Source: an uncultured Actinomycetota bacterium
Lineage (GTDB): Bacteria > Actinomycetota > Actinomycetes > Propionibacteriales > Nocardioidaceae
Direction: 5' to 3'
Assembly: GCA_963801135.1 (NCBI GenBank)
Contig: CAWDDN010000022.1
Span: forward strand, 2,458 to 66,457
DNA length: 64,000 nt
The notes below the pieces were generated by a model. That model did no database searches. It was not told where the DNA came from and saw only the letters and a program-made list of their open reading frames with translations. This document shows positions 1 through 8,962 of this stretch, piece by piece. Every line of letters starts with the position of its first letter. Within the stretch, counting starts at the first letter, position 1. Position numbers and translations under genes: made by a program.

Positions 1-1257
1 CGTGACCACGAACGCGACGGCCACCGCGATCACCACCGCAGGTGTCACGGAGACACCATCGGTGCCCAGAAGGAGTGTGGCGAGCAAGGCTGAGGTCAAC
101 GGAAGTCGCAGCATGGCGGTGGTCATCGCGCCGATGCCCATGGCGATCGCCGCTGCCTGGTCCATGCCCGGCAACCCACCCGCGGCGATTCCGAGGGCAC
201 CACCGATGAACATCGACGGGAAGACCGGGCCGCCACGGAACGCGCTCAGTGAGGCGCCGTACGTGAGCGACTTGCAGACGACCAGCAGGATCAAGACACC
301 CACTGTGAGGTCATCGGCTCGCTTCACCAGATCTGGCAGCGCGTCCTGCCCGGAGAACAGCACCTGGGTGAAGCTGTCGTCGGAGAGAAGCTGGTACGCG
401 GTGGCGGTCAGGCCGATGAACAAGCCCAACAACGACGTCACGAGGACGCGGCTCCTGTGCACAACCGGCCGAAGTGAGAGCGCCAGCCACCGGATCGCCC
501 AGCCCAGAAGCGCTCCGACCAGACCCATGGCCACTGCCCAGGCCAGCGTGGCGACACTCGGAGCTACGGCTGGCGGGAGGGAGGGAAGCGCGAGGGAGAA
601 GCTGCCCAGGCCGCTCCAGCTCCCGAGGCCGGCAAAGACCAGTGCACCGAGGCCCGAGGCGAGAAGGCCCGGCAGCGCGACGAGGCTGAGAGTGAGACCA
701 CTCACGCCGGCAGCTTCCATGATCAAGAAGGCGCCCAGCAGCGGCGAGCCCAGCAAGGTGCTGATGGCCGCGAAGCTGCCCGCCGAGGCCATGATGGTCA
801 ACGCCATCGGTGGCGCTTCACGCCTGCCCAGGTGCACGGTCAAGGCCGCTAGTCCCCCGCCGATGGCTATCAGCGGCGCCTCCGGTCCGAGCACAGCGCC
901 AAGACTCAACGTTGCGAACGCAGCGAGCGCCACAGCTGGCAGATCACGTCCCTTCGGCGGGCCTCCGCCGCTCTGGAACCCGAAAGCAGGTGAGTGTCCC
1001 CCGTTGCCCGGAAGGTGTCGGATGGACAGGGCCGTGAGCAAGCCGGACAGAACCAGCCAGGGCACCGGCCACCACGCCGGTGTCTCTCCGCCCAGGACCT
1101 GGGTCGGGAGGTCCTCGAACAGATAGGTCTGCAGCCAGGAAACCGAGGCCAGGAACCCGTAGGAGACCGATGCGATCGGCACCCCCAGGGCCGCGGCCAG
1201 CACCAGCAACATGAGGTAGGCCCGTGACCGGACGATCGTCCGCGGGTCCATCGACAT
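1..1257 (-). CDS. ClC-family chloride/proton channel, partial (C-terminus runs off the left edge)
   Basis: Absent from the ORF track because no stop lies in the window. Minus-strand translation from ATG 1257 gives MSMDPRTIVRSRAYLMLLVLAAALG.... It contains ClC filter-like motifs GAVLGPEAPLIAIGGGL and FRGGPVFPSMFIGGALG and is multi-TM hydrophobic. Confidence 0.8.
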   Translation of the reverse strand, partial: MSMDPRTIVRSRAYLMLLVLAAALGVPIASVSYGFLASVSWLQTYLFEDLPTQVLGGETPAWWPVPWLVLSGLLTALSIRHLPGNGGHSPAFGFQSGGGPPKGRDLPAVALAAFATLSLGAVLGPEAPLIAIGGGLAALTVHLGRREAPPMALTIMASAGSFAAISTLLGSPLLGAFLIMEAAGVSGLTLSLVALPGLLASGLGALVFAGLGSWSGLGSFSLALPSLPPAVAPSVATLAWAVAMGLVGALLGWAIRWLALSLRPVVHRSRVLVTSLLGLFIGLTATAYQLLSDDSFTQVLFSGQDALPDLVKRADDLTVGVLILLVVCKSLTYGASLSAFRGGPVFPSMFIGGALGIAAGGLPGMDQAAAIAMGIGAMTTAMLRLPLTSALLATLLLGTDGVSVTPAVVIAVAVAFVVT

Positions 1258-1564
1258 GGCATGGTCGGCGGTGGGTGCTTCAGGCAAGGCGGATGGGTCC
1301 GTCACGGCTTGTGTTGCCCTTCGTGATTGTGCGGCGTCGGCGCCAAAGCGCTTGCAGACCCACTGTCCCAGGACGCCGCGTCATTGGCGACCCTGAGCCC
1401 GACGAGCGTGCGACGGACGACGAAGCGGAAGGAGCCCCCGGTAGCGCCACGAGGGACGCCAGACCAGCCTGTTCCCCTCGGGTGAGCTGGCGACGTCCGT
1501 GCTGTCGCTGAAGAAGCCGGTGCGGCACCGCAACCGGGCTCGAGGTTGGCGACGTGGGGGACGT

Positions 1565-2122
1565 TCAACTTGACCGTGCTCGACTGGCCTGGTCCCGGCC
1601 CGGCGCCCGCTCGGGGGCATCGGGCACGTCAGCGAGCGCCCAGGCATCGCCCATCGCCTCGACCCGGATCACGCTCAACGTGCCGTCGGTCTCCAGCACC
1701 ATCGCGCCCACCTGCGCGAGGCTGCCGAGCCCGGCGCTGCGCAGGCCCTGACGGATCTCGGCCTCGGCCATGCGCTGCCCGCGCCGATTGCCCTCGAGGA
1801 CCACCCCGTCCCTCACCAGCATCGTTGGCCGTGCGGTCACGATGGTCCGGGCGAAGCGCACCCGGGATGTCACGAACGCCACCGCCAGCTGCGACATCGC
1901 CAGCAGCGTCAGCGCGACCGCACCCTCGCTCCACGAGACGGTCGAGCTGAGCAAGATGGTCGCCAGCGTGGAGCCCAGCGCCACCGTGACGACGAGGTCG
2001 AAGGCGTTGAGCTTGGCCAGCGTGCGTTTGCCCGAGACCCGCAGCAGCACCACGAGCCACACGTACGCCGCCGCGCCGACCAGCACCACGCGCAGGAGGC
2101 CGGACCAGGTGTCGAACCACAT
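1565..2122 (-). CDS. DUF421 (YetF-like) membrane protein
   Basis: 185-aa ORF. N-terminal TM helices (MWFDTWSGLLRVVLVGAAAYVWLVVLLRVSGKRTLAKLNAFDLVVTVALGS) are followed by a soluble C-domain, the typical DUF421 layout. Confidence 0.75.
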   Translation of the reverse strand: MWFDTWSGLLRVVLVGAAAYVWLVVLLRVSGKRTLAKLNAFDLVVTVALGSTLATILLSSTVSWSEGAVALTLLAMSQLAVAFVTSRVRFARTIVTARPTMLVRDGVVLEGNRRGQRMAEAEIRQGLRSAGLGSLAQVGAMVLETDGTLSVIRVEAMGDAWALADVPDAPERAPGRDQASRARSS

Positions 2123-2155
2123 GGACGGTCACTCTACGGAGTCAGGCGGCGTCGG

Positions 2156-2167
2156 GTCTGATCAGAC
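2156..2167. promoter_or_regulatory. Perfect 12-nt palindrome GTCTGATCAGAC, copy 1 of 3
   Basis: Exact palindrome 34 bp upstream of the DUF421 start. The identical 12-mer recurs at 2228 and 23979. Confidence 0.5.
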
Positions 2168-2168
2168 G

Positions 2169-2203
2169 AAAAGCGCCCGTGTGGCGCCCGCTGAGGCGCT
2201 TTG
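2169..2203 (-). terminator. Intrinsic-terminator-like hairpin downstream of cydC
   Basis: The minus strand reads AAAGCGCC-loop-GGCGCTTTT: an 8-bp GC stem followed by a T run, about 45 nt after the cydC stop. Confidence 0.55.
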
Positions 2204-2227
2204 CGTCTGACAGCTCGGGCGGGCCCG

Positions 2228-2239
2228 GTCTGATCAGAC
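2228..2239. promoter_or_regulatory. Perfect 12-nt palindrome GTCTGATCAGAC, copy 2 of 3
   Basis: Exact repeat of the 2156 palindrome. It lies between the cydC stop and the DUF421 start. Confidence 0.5.
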
Positions 2240-2248
2240 GGACGGCGC

Positions 2249-3862
2249 TCAGCCCAGGGCGGCCAGCTCCACGACCTCATCGAAGGCGTCGAGCCCCTCG
2301 GGCCGATGGGTCGCCATCACCACGGTTCGACCCCGGGTGGCTGCCATCAGGTCCCGCAGCACCGACGTCGCCGTGGCGTGGTCGAGCTGGGCGACCGGTT
2401 CGTCCAGCAGCACCACGGGGCGCCCCGACAGCAACGCCCGGGCCACACCCAGACGAGCCCGTTCCCCACCGGACACCCCCCGGTTCCCGGTCCCCAGCGG
2501 CGTCTCCAACCCCTGCGGCAGCCCGTCCAGCCAGGACTTCAGACCGGCGTCGGCCAGCGCCGCTCGAACCTCCTCGTCGCCGGCGTCCGGACGAGCCAGC
2601 ACCAGGTTGGCGCGCACCGACCCCGCGAAGACGTGCGGCTCGTCGTCCACCACCGCCACGCGGGCCCGGGTGCCGGCCAGGTCGAGCTCGCCCACCGCGA
2701 CCCCGTCGACCCGGAGATCCCCCCCGGTCGGATCGAGCTGACGGGCCAGCACCGCGAGCAGGGTGGACTTGCCCGACCCGTTCGCCCCCACCACGGCGAC
2801 CCGCCGACCAGGTGGGAGGTCGAGGTCGGTGGGAGGCAGGTCGGTCCGCGCCCCCGACCAGGACGCGGTGACAGCACGCAGGGTGATCGCAGGCGACTCG
2901 CTGGTCGGCTGCAGCGTCCCGTACGTCGCCACGGCAGGCTCCTGCCCCAGCAGGTGCCCCAGGCGCGCAGCACTGCCCTCGGCCCTCGCCAGAGCCCGCA
3001 TGGTCTCGGTCAGCGGAGCCATCGCCTCACCCACGGCGACCGGCACCACCACGAGCAGCGCGGCCACCGGAGCGCTGACGTCGGCAGCAGCGGCCAGCGC
3101 AGCCGCCGCCACGGCCGCCGCCCCGGTGCCGAGCAGGACCACGGCGGCGACCAGTGCGCGACCACGGCTCTGCTGCGCCGCCGCGCGCCGCTCCACGCGT
3201 TGCGCCTGCTCCAACCAGTCCAGCGCCGCCTGCTCCGCACCGACGGCCTGGAGCTCGCCGGCCTGCTGCGCGACCAGTGTGCTGATCCGCGCCACCTCGG
3301 CGCGAGCCGCCAGCAGCTGCGGCAACGCGCTCCGCTCGAACCGCAGCGCCAGCTCGCACGCGACCGCGATGGCCACCAGCTGGGCTGCCACCACCAGGCC
3401 CACGGCGGGCTCCAAGGCCGCGACCAGGACCGCAGCCGCGAATCCGGCCACCACCCCCGTGATCCCCGGAACCGCGACCCGGACCTGCGCCTCCACCACG
3501 TCGGACAGGTCGTCGACGACCCCGCTGAGCACGTGGGAGCGGGCTCGTCGCCCCAGCCGGGCCGGCGTCAGCGGGACCAGCCCCTCGTAGACCTCGCGGC
3601 GCCGCTGCGCCAGGTCGCCGAGGGCGGCGTCGTGGGACCACACCCGTTCGACGTAGCGGAACACCGGGCGCGCGATGCCGAAGGCCCGCACCGCGACGAT
3701 CGCGACCAGCAGCGTGAGGATGACGGGACGCTGGCTGGCGCGCACGATCAGCCAGCCCGAGGTCGCGGTCAGCGCGATGCCGGAGGTGACGGCGGCGCCC
3801 CCGACCAGGCCCGCCAGCCAGATCGTGCGCGAACGTGGACGGAGCGCGGTGAGGTGGCTCAT
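2249..3862 (-). CDS. cydC: Thiol reductant ABC exporter subunit CydC (permease fused to ATPase)
   Basis: 537 aa with an N-terminal 6-TM domain. It has Walker A GANGSGKST, signature VSGGERARL and Walker B VVLLDEP. ATGA overlap with the upstream cydD and position in a cydABDC operon support the call. Confidence 0.9.
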   Translation of the reverse strand: MSHLTALRPRSRTIWLAGLVGGAAVTSGIALTATSGWLIVRASQRPVILTLLVAIVAVRAFGIARPVFRYVERVWSHDAALGDLAQRRREVYEGLVPLTPARLGRRARSHVLSGVVDDLSDVVEAQVRVAVPGITGVVAGFAAAVLVAALEPAVGLVVAAQLVAIAVACELALRFERSALPQLLAARAEVARISTLVAQQAGELQAVGAEQAALDWLEQAQRVERRAAAQQSRGRALVAAVVLLGTGAAAVAAAALAAAADVSAPVAALLVVVPVAVGEAMAPLTETMRALARAEGSAARLGHLLGQEPAVATYGTLQPTSESPAITLRAVTASWSGARTDLPPTDLDLPPGRRVAVVGANGSGKSTLLAVLARQLDPTGGDLRVDGVAVGELDLAGTRARVAVVDDEPHVFAGSVRANLVLARPDAGDEEVRAALADAGLKSWLDGLPQGLETPLGTGNRGVSGGERARLGVARALLSGRPVVLLDEPVAQLDHATATSVLRDLMAATRGRTVVMATHRPEGLDAFDEVVELAALG

Positions 3863-5437
3863 GCGGTGACCTCCCGTTCCGCCCGCTGCAGGTGCACGTG
3901 CTGGTCGGCCGCGGTCACCAGGTCAGCGCGGTGGGTCACCACCACGACGGTGCGACGCTCGGCGAGAGCGGCGATCACCCGGTGGACAGTGGAGGCGGCC
4001 TCTGCGTCGAGGTGGGCGGTCGGCTCGTCGAGCAGCAGGACCGGCGCCGAGGCCAGCACCGCGCGCGCCAGCACCAACCGAGCCCGCTGACCGGCCGACA
4101 AGCCGAAGCCGTCGTCGCCGATCCACGTGTCCAGGCTGGCAGGCATCCGCGCAACCACGCCGTCGAGGTCGAGGTCGCGCAGCGCCTCCCAGACCGCCGC
4201 ATCGTCGGCGTCGTTGCCCAGGGTGACCGCCTGCCGCAGCGTGCCCGCGGGAAGGAAGGCACGTTGGGTGACCAGGTGGACGCGGCCGCCGGTCATGCCG
4301 CCGCTGTCGGGTTCACGCAGTCCGGCCAGCAGCTCCAGCAGCGTCGACTTGCCGACCCCGGACGGGCCGGTGACCGCGGTCAGGCCCGGGCCCGCCCGCA
4401 GCGAGAGCCCGTCGATGACCGCGGGTGGGCGTCCCCGGGAAGCGGTAGACCAGGTCGCACGCCTCGACGCCGACCCCGTCGACGACGCCGGCCCCGACCG
4501 CGTCGTCTTCCAGCTCGGTCACGATGTCAGCGATCGCGTCGCTGCCGTCGGCGGCGGCGTGGAACTCCGCCCCCACCCGGCGGATCGGCCAGTAGGCCTC
4601 GGGGGCCAGCAGAATGGCCAGCAGGCCCGCGCCCAGCTCCATCGAGCCGTGGGTCAGCCGGATGCCGACGGCCACGGCCACGATCGCGACCGAGATCGAC
4701 GCCAGCAGCTCCAGCGCCGCCGAGCTCAGGAAGGCCAGGCGCAACGTCCGCATCGTCGCCGACCGGTGCCGGTCGCTGACCTCAGCGATCGTGTCGGCCT
4801 GCCGTTCGGCACGCCCGTAGGCCACCAGCGTCGGCAGTCCCCGGGTCACGTCGAGGAAGTGCCCGGACAGCGCGCTCAGGGCGCGCCAGCGCCTGCCGGT
4901 GTCCGCAGCCGTGGTGGCGCCGATCAGCGCCGCGAAGAACGGCAGCAGCGGAAGGGTGAGCACCACGATGAGCGCGCTGACCGGGTCCACCAGCAGCAGG
5001 GCCGTCACCGCGAGCACCGGCACCACGACACCGGCGACCAGCGCGGGCAGGAACCGGGCGACGTACGGGTCGACGCTGGCAGCGCCCTGCGCGGCGAGCG
5101 TCACCGCACGGTCCGGGTCCGGTCGGCGCTCCGCGGGTCGTCCCAGCCAGTGCTCCAGCAGTCGGCGACGCAGGCTCGAGGTGACCCGGACCCCCGCCCA
5201 CGCCTGGACGCGTTCGGCGACCCAGGCGAGGACGGCTCGCAGCACGAACAGCGACCCCGTCCACTCCGCAGCCGCACGCCACGGCTCACCGAGTGCGACC
5301 GCGGTGGTCAGGGCGGCGATCCCGAACGCCAGCCCGATCGTGACCACGCCCTGCACGACCCCGACCAGGGCGAGCCCGGCCACCGGCCCCCGGGCGGCCG
5401 GGACGACCCGAAGCAGCCGACGGTCGAAGGGCCTCAT
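3859..5437 (-). pseudogene. cydD: Thiol reductant ABC exporter subunit CydD, reading frame broken once near 4433-4439
   Basis: The TM domain is in ORF 4313..5437 (...DLVYRFPG). It continues in another frame as RPPAVIDGLSLRAGPGLTAVTGPSGVGKSTLL...LSAGQRARL...LLLDEPTAHLD (ORF 3859..4296). The junction is in the run CCCCGGG and removing one base restores a single frame. Confidence 0.85.
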
Positions 5438-5492
5438 CGGGTGGTGCCGGTCATCGGCCCGTCAGCGTCCGGTCGTTTCCGGTCGGCCGCGG

Positions 5493-6521
5493 TCAGCGGA
5501 CCGCGACCGGCTCGGGGATGTGATGGGTGGCGATCCGCTTGCGGAAGACCCAGTAGGTCCATCCCGTGTAGAGCAGCACCACTGGGGTGAACACCAGTGC
5601 GGCCACGGTCATGATCTGCAGCGTCAGCGTGCTGCTGGCCGCGTTCTCGATCGTCAACGAGGTGCCCCCGGCCAGGGTCGTCGGCATCACCGCGGGGTAG
5701 AGCGCGAAGAAGTACGTCGCCACCGCCGCCGCCATCGTCACCGCGGTCCCCGCGAAGGCCGCGCCCTCGCGCCGCTGCTGGTTGAGCGCGATGCCGGCCA
5801 GCAGGGCGGCTGCGGCCACCACGGAGCCGACCACGGTGCTTACGCTGCCGTGCTGGATGTTGAGCCACACCAGCAGCACCACGGCGAGCACCGCGGCACC
5901 AAGGCCCGCCCGGCCGCCGAGCGCACGCGCGTCCTCGCGGATCGCGCCGTCGGTCTTCAGCGCCAGGAAGAAGGCGCCGTGGACGATGCTGAGGCTGAGC
6001 ACGACGAGCCCACCCAGCAGGCTCGGCAGGTTGAGCAGCGTGAACAGGGTGCCCTCGTAGTTCATGTCCGCCCCGATCGGCAGGCCACGCACGAGGTTGG
6101 TCAGGGCGACCCCGACGAGGAACGGCGCAAGGGCGGAGCCGCCGATGATGGCCGCGTCCCACCGGCGACGCCACGCGTCGCTGTCGCGCTTGCCGCGGTA
6201 CTCGAAGCCCATGTTGCGCACGATGAGAGCGACGAGCACCAGCAGCAGCGGCAGGTACATCGCCGAGAACATCGTGGCGTACCAGTGCGGGAACGCGGCG
6301 AACGTCGCGCCCCCGGCGGTCAGCAGCCACACCTCGTTGCCGTCCCAGTGCGGGCCGATCGTGGTCAGCATGACGCGACGGCGCCGCTCGGTGTCGGCGG
6401 CGTCCGTGCCCTTGCCGAGGACGGGGAGCAGCATGCCGACGCCGAAGTCGAAGCCTTCGAGGACGAGGTAGCCCGTCCACAGCACACCGATGAGGAGGAA
6501 CCAGATGAGGGGGTAGTCCAT
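5493..6521 (-). CDS. cydB: Cytochrome bd ubiquinol oxidase subunit II
   Basis: 342 aa. The start MDYPLIWFLLIGVLWTGYLVLEGFDFGVGMLLP is the characteristic CydB N-terminus. It lies directly downstream of cydA. Confidence 0.92.
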   Translation of the reverse strand: MDYPLIWFLLIGVLWTGYLVLEGFDFGVGMLLPVLGKGTDAADTERRRRVMLTTIGPHWDGNEVWLLTAGGATFAAFPHWYATMFSAMYLPLLLVLVALIVRNMGFEYRGKRDSDAWRRRWDAAIIGGSALAPFLVGVALTNLVRGLPIGADMNYEGTLFTLLNLPSLLGGLVVLSLSIVHGAFFLALKTDGAIREDARALGGRAGLGAAVLAVVLLVWLNIQHGSVSTVVGSVVAAAALLAGIALNQQRREGAAFAGTAVTMAAAVATYFFALYPAVMPTTLAGGTSLTIENAASSTLTLQIMTVAALVFTPVVLLYTGWTYWVFRKRIATHHIPEPVAVR

Positions 6522-6536
6522 GACAGCCTCTTCGGA

Positions 6537-7994
6537 TCAGTAGGCGAACTGCAGCGGGGCGTCGTCGTCGACGTCGCCGGGGTCACCGGGGTCCTCGAAG
6601 GGGTCGGCGCCGCGGCGGACGTAGGTGAGGAAGAGCTTGACCTCGATGACCGCGAGCGCGGCGTAGACCAGGGTGTAGGCGATCATCGAGATCCAGACCT
6701 CGGCGGCCGACACCGTCGGCGAGACACCCGTGGCGGTCGTCATGAGGCCGAAGACGATCCAGGGCTGGCGGCCCATCTCGGTGAAGATCCAGCCGAAGCT
6801 GTTGGCGAAGACCGGCAGCAACGGTGTCGCCACCGCGACCCACACCCACCAGCGGGCCTGCGGTGCGCCGCCCTTGCGGGTGGCCCACAACGCCATGGCG
6901 GCGAACAGCATGGTGAGGAAGCCCGCCCCCATCATCAGCCGGAAGGACCAGTAGGTCACCGGGATGTTGGGCGTGTAGTCGTCGTCGGTGACCAGGGCTG
7001 CCACGTCGGCGCCGTACTCCTGCTCGACCTTGTCGACCATGGTGGCCTGGTACTCCCGCCGCAGGTCGTTGATGCCCTCCACCTCGGCGCCGAAGTCGCC
7101 GTGGGCCAGGAACGACAACAGCCCGGGGATCTCGATGATGCGCGTGGCCTCGCTGCCGTCGAGCGACCCCAGCGACAGCACGGAGAACGGCGCGGAGTCA
7201 GTGGTCTCGTAGAGCCCCTCCGCAGCCGCCATCTTCATCGGCTGCACCTCGGTCATGATCTTGCCCTGGACGTCGCCGCTGACGATGACGCCCACCGAGG
7301 CCACCAGCGCCACCGCTGCGCCGATCCGGGTCGCCTTGCGGTACATCGGGGCATCGCCGGTCGCGGCGTCTCGGCGGAGCAGGTACAGCGCGACGCCCAT
7401 GATCACCGCGCCACCGACCATGTAGGCCGAGAAGACCACGTGCGGGAAGGTGACCAGCTGGACCTTGTTGGTGAGCACCGCCCAGAAGTCGGCCATCTCG
7501 GCCCGACCGGTGTCGGGGTTGAAGCGGAAGCCGACGGGGTTCTGCATGAAGGAGTTCGCGGCGAGAATGAAGTACGCCGACAACACCGTGCCGATGTGCA
7601 CCAGCCACATCGTCGAGGCGTGCAGCTTCTCGGGGATCCTGCCCCAGCCGAAGACCCACACCCCGAGGAACGTGGACTCGAGGAAGAACGCCAGCAGCGC
7701 CTCGAACGCCAGCGGTGCGCCGAAGATGTCGCCGACGAAACGCGAGTAGTCGCTCCAGTTCATGCCGAACTGGAACTCCTGCACGATGCCGGTGACCAGG
7801 CCGAGCGCGAAGTTGATCATGAAGAGCTTGCCGAAGAACTTCGTCAGCCGGAACCACTCCGGCCTGTGGGTGCGGACCCACATCGTGTGGAACACCGCGA
7901 CCAGCAACGACATGCCGATCGTGATCGGGACGAACAAGAAGTGGTAGACGGTCGTGATGGCGAACTGCCATCTCGCCAGCTCGAGTGCTTCCAC
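6537..7994 (-). CDS. cydA: Cytochrome bd ubiquinol oxidase subunit I
   Basis: Track ORF 6537..8192. The conserved sequence begins at VEALELARWQFAITTVYHFLFVPITIG. GTG 7994 is preceded by AAGAGGTGG, and the upstream 66 codons look non-coding. Confidence 0.88.
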   Translation of the reverse strand: MEALELARWQFAITTVYHFLFVPITIGMSLLVAVFHTMWVRTHRPEWFRLTKFFGKLFMINFALGLVTGIVQEFQFGMNWSDYSRFVGDIFGAPLAFEALLAFFLESTFLGVWVFGWGRIPEKLHASTMWLVHIGTVLSAYFILAANSFMQNPVGFRFNPDTGRAEMADFWAVLTNKVQLVTFPHVVFSAYMVGGAVIMGVALYLLRRDAATGDAPMYRKATRIGAAVALVASVGVIVSGDVQGKIMTEVQPMKMAAAEGLYETTDSAPFSVLSLGSLDGSEATRIIEIPGLLSFLAHGDFGAEVEGINDLRREYQATMVDKVEQEYGADVAALVTDDDYTPNIPVTYWSFRLMMGAGFLTMLFAAMALWATRKGGAPQARWWVWVAVATPLLPVFANSFGWIFTEMGRQPWIVFGLMTTATGVSPTVSAAEVWISMIAYTLVYAALAVIEVKLFLTYVRRGADPFEDPGDPGDVDDDAPLQFAY

Positions 7995-8028
7995 GCCCCA
8001 CCTCTTCGCAGTCGTGTCGAAACCCCTC

Positions 8029-8048
8029 GATCGTATGGTGCCCAACGA
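8029..8048. promoter_or_regulatory. Palindromic box TCGTATGG-TG-CCCAACGA (island operator family)
   Basis: GATCGTATGGTGCCCAACGA lies 35 bp upstream of the cydA start. It matches the TCGTTAGG-NN-CCTAACGA consensus seen six more times. Confidence 0.45.
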
Positions 8049-8157
8049 TCCGAGGTCCCCTCCAGCGGTGGTGATTGCAGTCACGTGACCAAAGGCCCCG
8101 GGCGTCACGAACCGGGGATCGGCCTGAGCACACTGCCTTCGCCGCGGGTTTCGAGCC

Positions 8158-8865
8158 TCAGCCGACCGAGGCGAACTGGTCGACGAACGCATCGACCAGG
8201 GCGCACGTGCGCGCCTCGGCGGCCTCGGCCTGCCGCGCCGTCTCTGCGACGAGGTCGTTGACGTCCACCCCCAGCGACTCCACCTGGCTCCGCCCGCCGT
8301 TGTCGAGCCAGCCGTGAAGCATGCCGGGCGTCAGTTCCGGGTGGAACTGCACCGCGAGGTTGCGCCGGAGCACGAACGCCTGCGAGGTGGCGGAGTTGCG
8401 GGCGATCTCGGTGGCTCCGGGCGGGAGCTGCCAGCGGTCGAAGTGCCACTGGAACCACGGCCCCGGCGGCACCACGTCGGGCCGGTCGGTCTGCACGGTC
8501 ACCCAACCGAGCTCGGGGTGGGCCGAGGGTTCGACAGTGCCTCCGTGCGCGGCCGCCAAGAGCTGACCACCGAAGCAGATCCCGAGGACCGGCACGCCGG
8601 CCTCGTCCGCCTCCCGGAGCAGCTGCTGCTCCGGCTCGGACCACGAGCCGATCAGCTCGGTGTCGTAGACCGACCACGGCGCGCCCATCGCGACAACGAG
8701 GTCGAACTGCGTGATCGCCGGGAAGTCAGGGGTCACCCCCGGCTCCTCGAAGCTCTCGGCCGGCACGACCACGAGCTCCTCGACGTCGTACAGCCGACGC
8801 TCGAGCTGGTCGCGGACCGGCCCCGGGGGAGAGACGTGGTCCTGCTCGATCACCAGCGCACGCAT
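8158..8865 (-). CDS. Class I glutamine amidotransferase-like protein
   Basis: 235 aa. Nucleophile-elbow motif VLGICFGGQLLA and QFHPE near the C-terminal third are typical of GATase1. Confidence 0.8.
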   Translation of the reverse strand: MRALVIEQDHVSPPGPVRDQLERRLYDVEELVVVPAESFEEPGVTPDFPAITQFDLVVAMGAPWSVYDTELIGSWSEPEQQLLREADEAGVPVLGICFGGQLLAAAHGGTVEPSAHPELGWVTVQTDRPDVVPPGPWFQWHFDRWQLPPGATEIARNSATSQAFVLRRNLAVQFHPELTPGMLHGWLDNGGRSQVESLGVDVNDLVAETARQAEAAEARTCALVDAFVDQFASVG

Positions 8866-8897
8866 CGCGCTCCTTGTGGTGGGGGGCGGCCGGTCAG

Positions 8898-8917
8898 TAT
8901 CGTTCGCATCCTAACGG
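8898..8917. promoter_or_regulatory. Palindromic box TCGTTCGC-AT-CCTAACGG (island operator family)
   Basis: TATCGTTCGCATCCTAACGG sits in the divergent gap between the GATase (start 8865) and the reductase (start 8963). Confidence 0.5.
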
Positions 8918-8962
8918 TCGCGCCGCCCCAGTGCGACCCGTCGCCGAGCCGGAACGAGAAGC

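Noticed and set aside
1258-1564. Possible helix-turn-helix (transposase/resolvase-like) remnant on the minus strand
   Set aside because: Fragments such as RRQLTRGEQAGLASLVA and GGSFRFVVRRTLVGL in two frames vaguely resemble an HTH. The match is too weak and short to call without a database search.
8090-8165. GGGTTTCGAGCC string checked as a tRNA T-arm
   Set aside because: No acceptor stem, D-arm or anticodon arm can be drawn around it. I found no tRNA-like cloverleaf anywhere in the window.
7995-8192. 66-codon N-terminal extension of cydA
   Set aside because: CydA homology starts at VEALELARWQF, with a good RBS before GTG 7994. The extension covers the promoter gap that carries the palindromic box.
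4899-8261. 1120-aa ORF on the + strand
   Set aside because: It runs antisense across cydD, cydB and cydA, which have unmistakable family motifs on the minus strand. Its translation is Arg/Gly/Pro/His-rich low-complexity sequence. Long stop-free antisense frames are expected in very GC-rich DNA.
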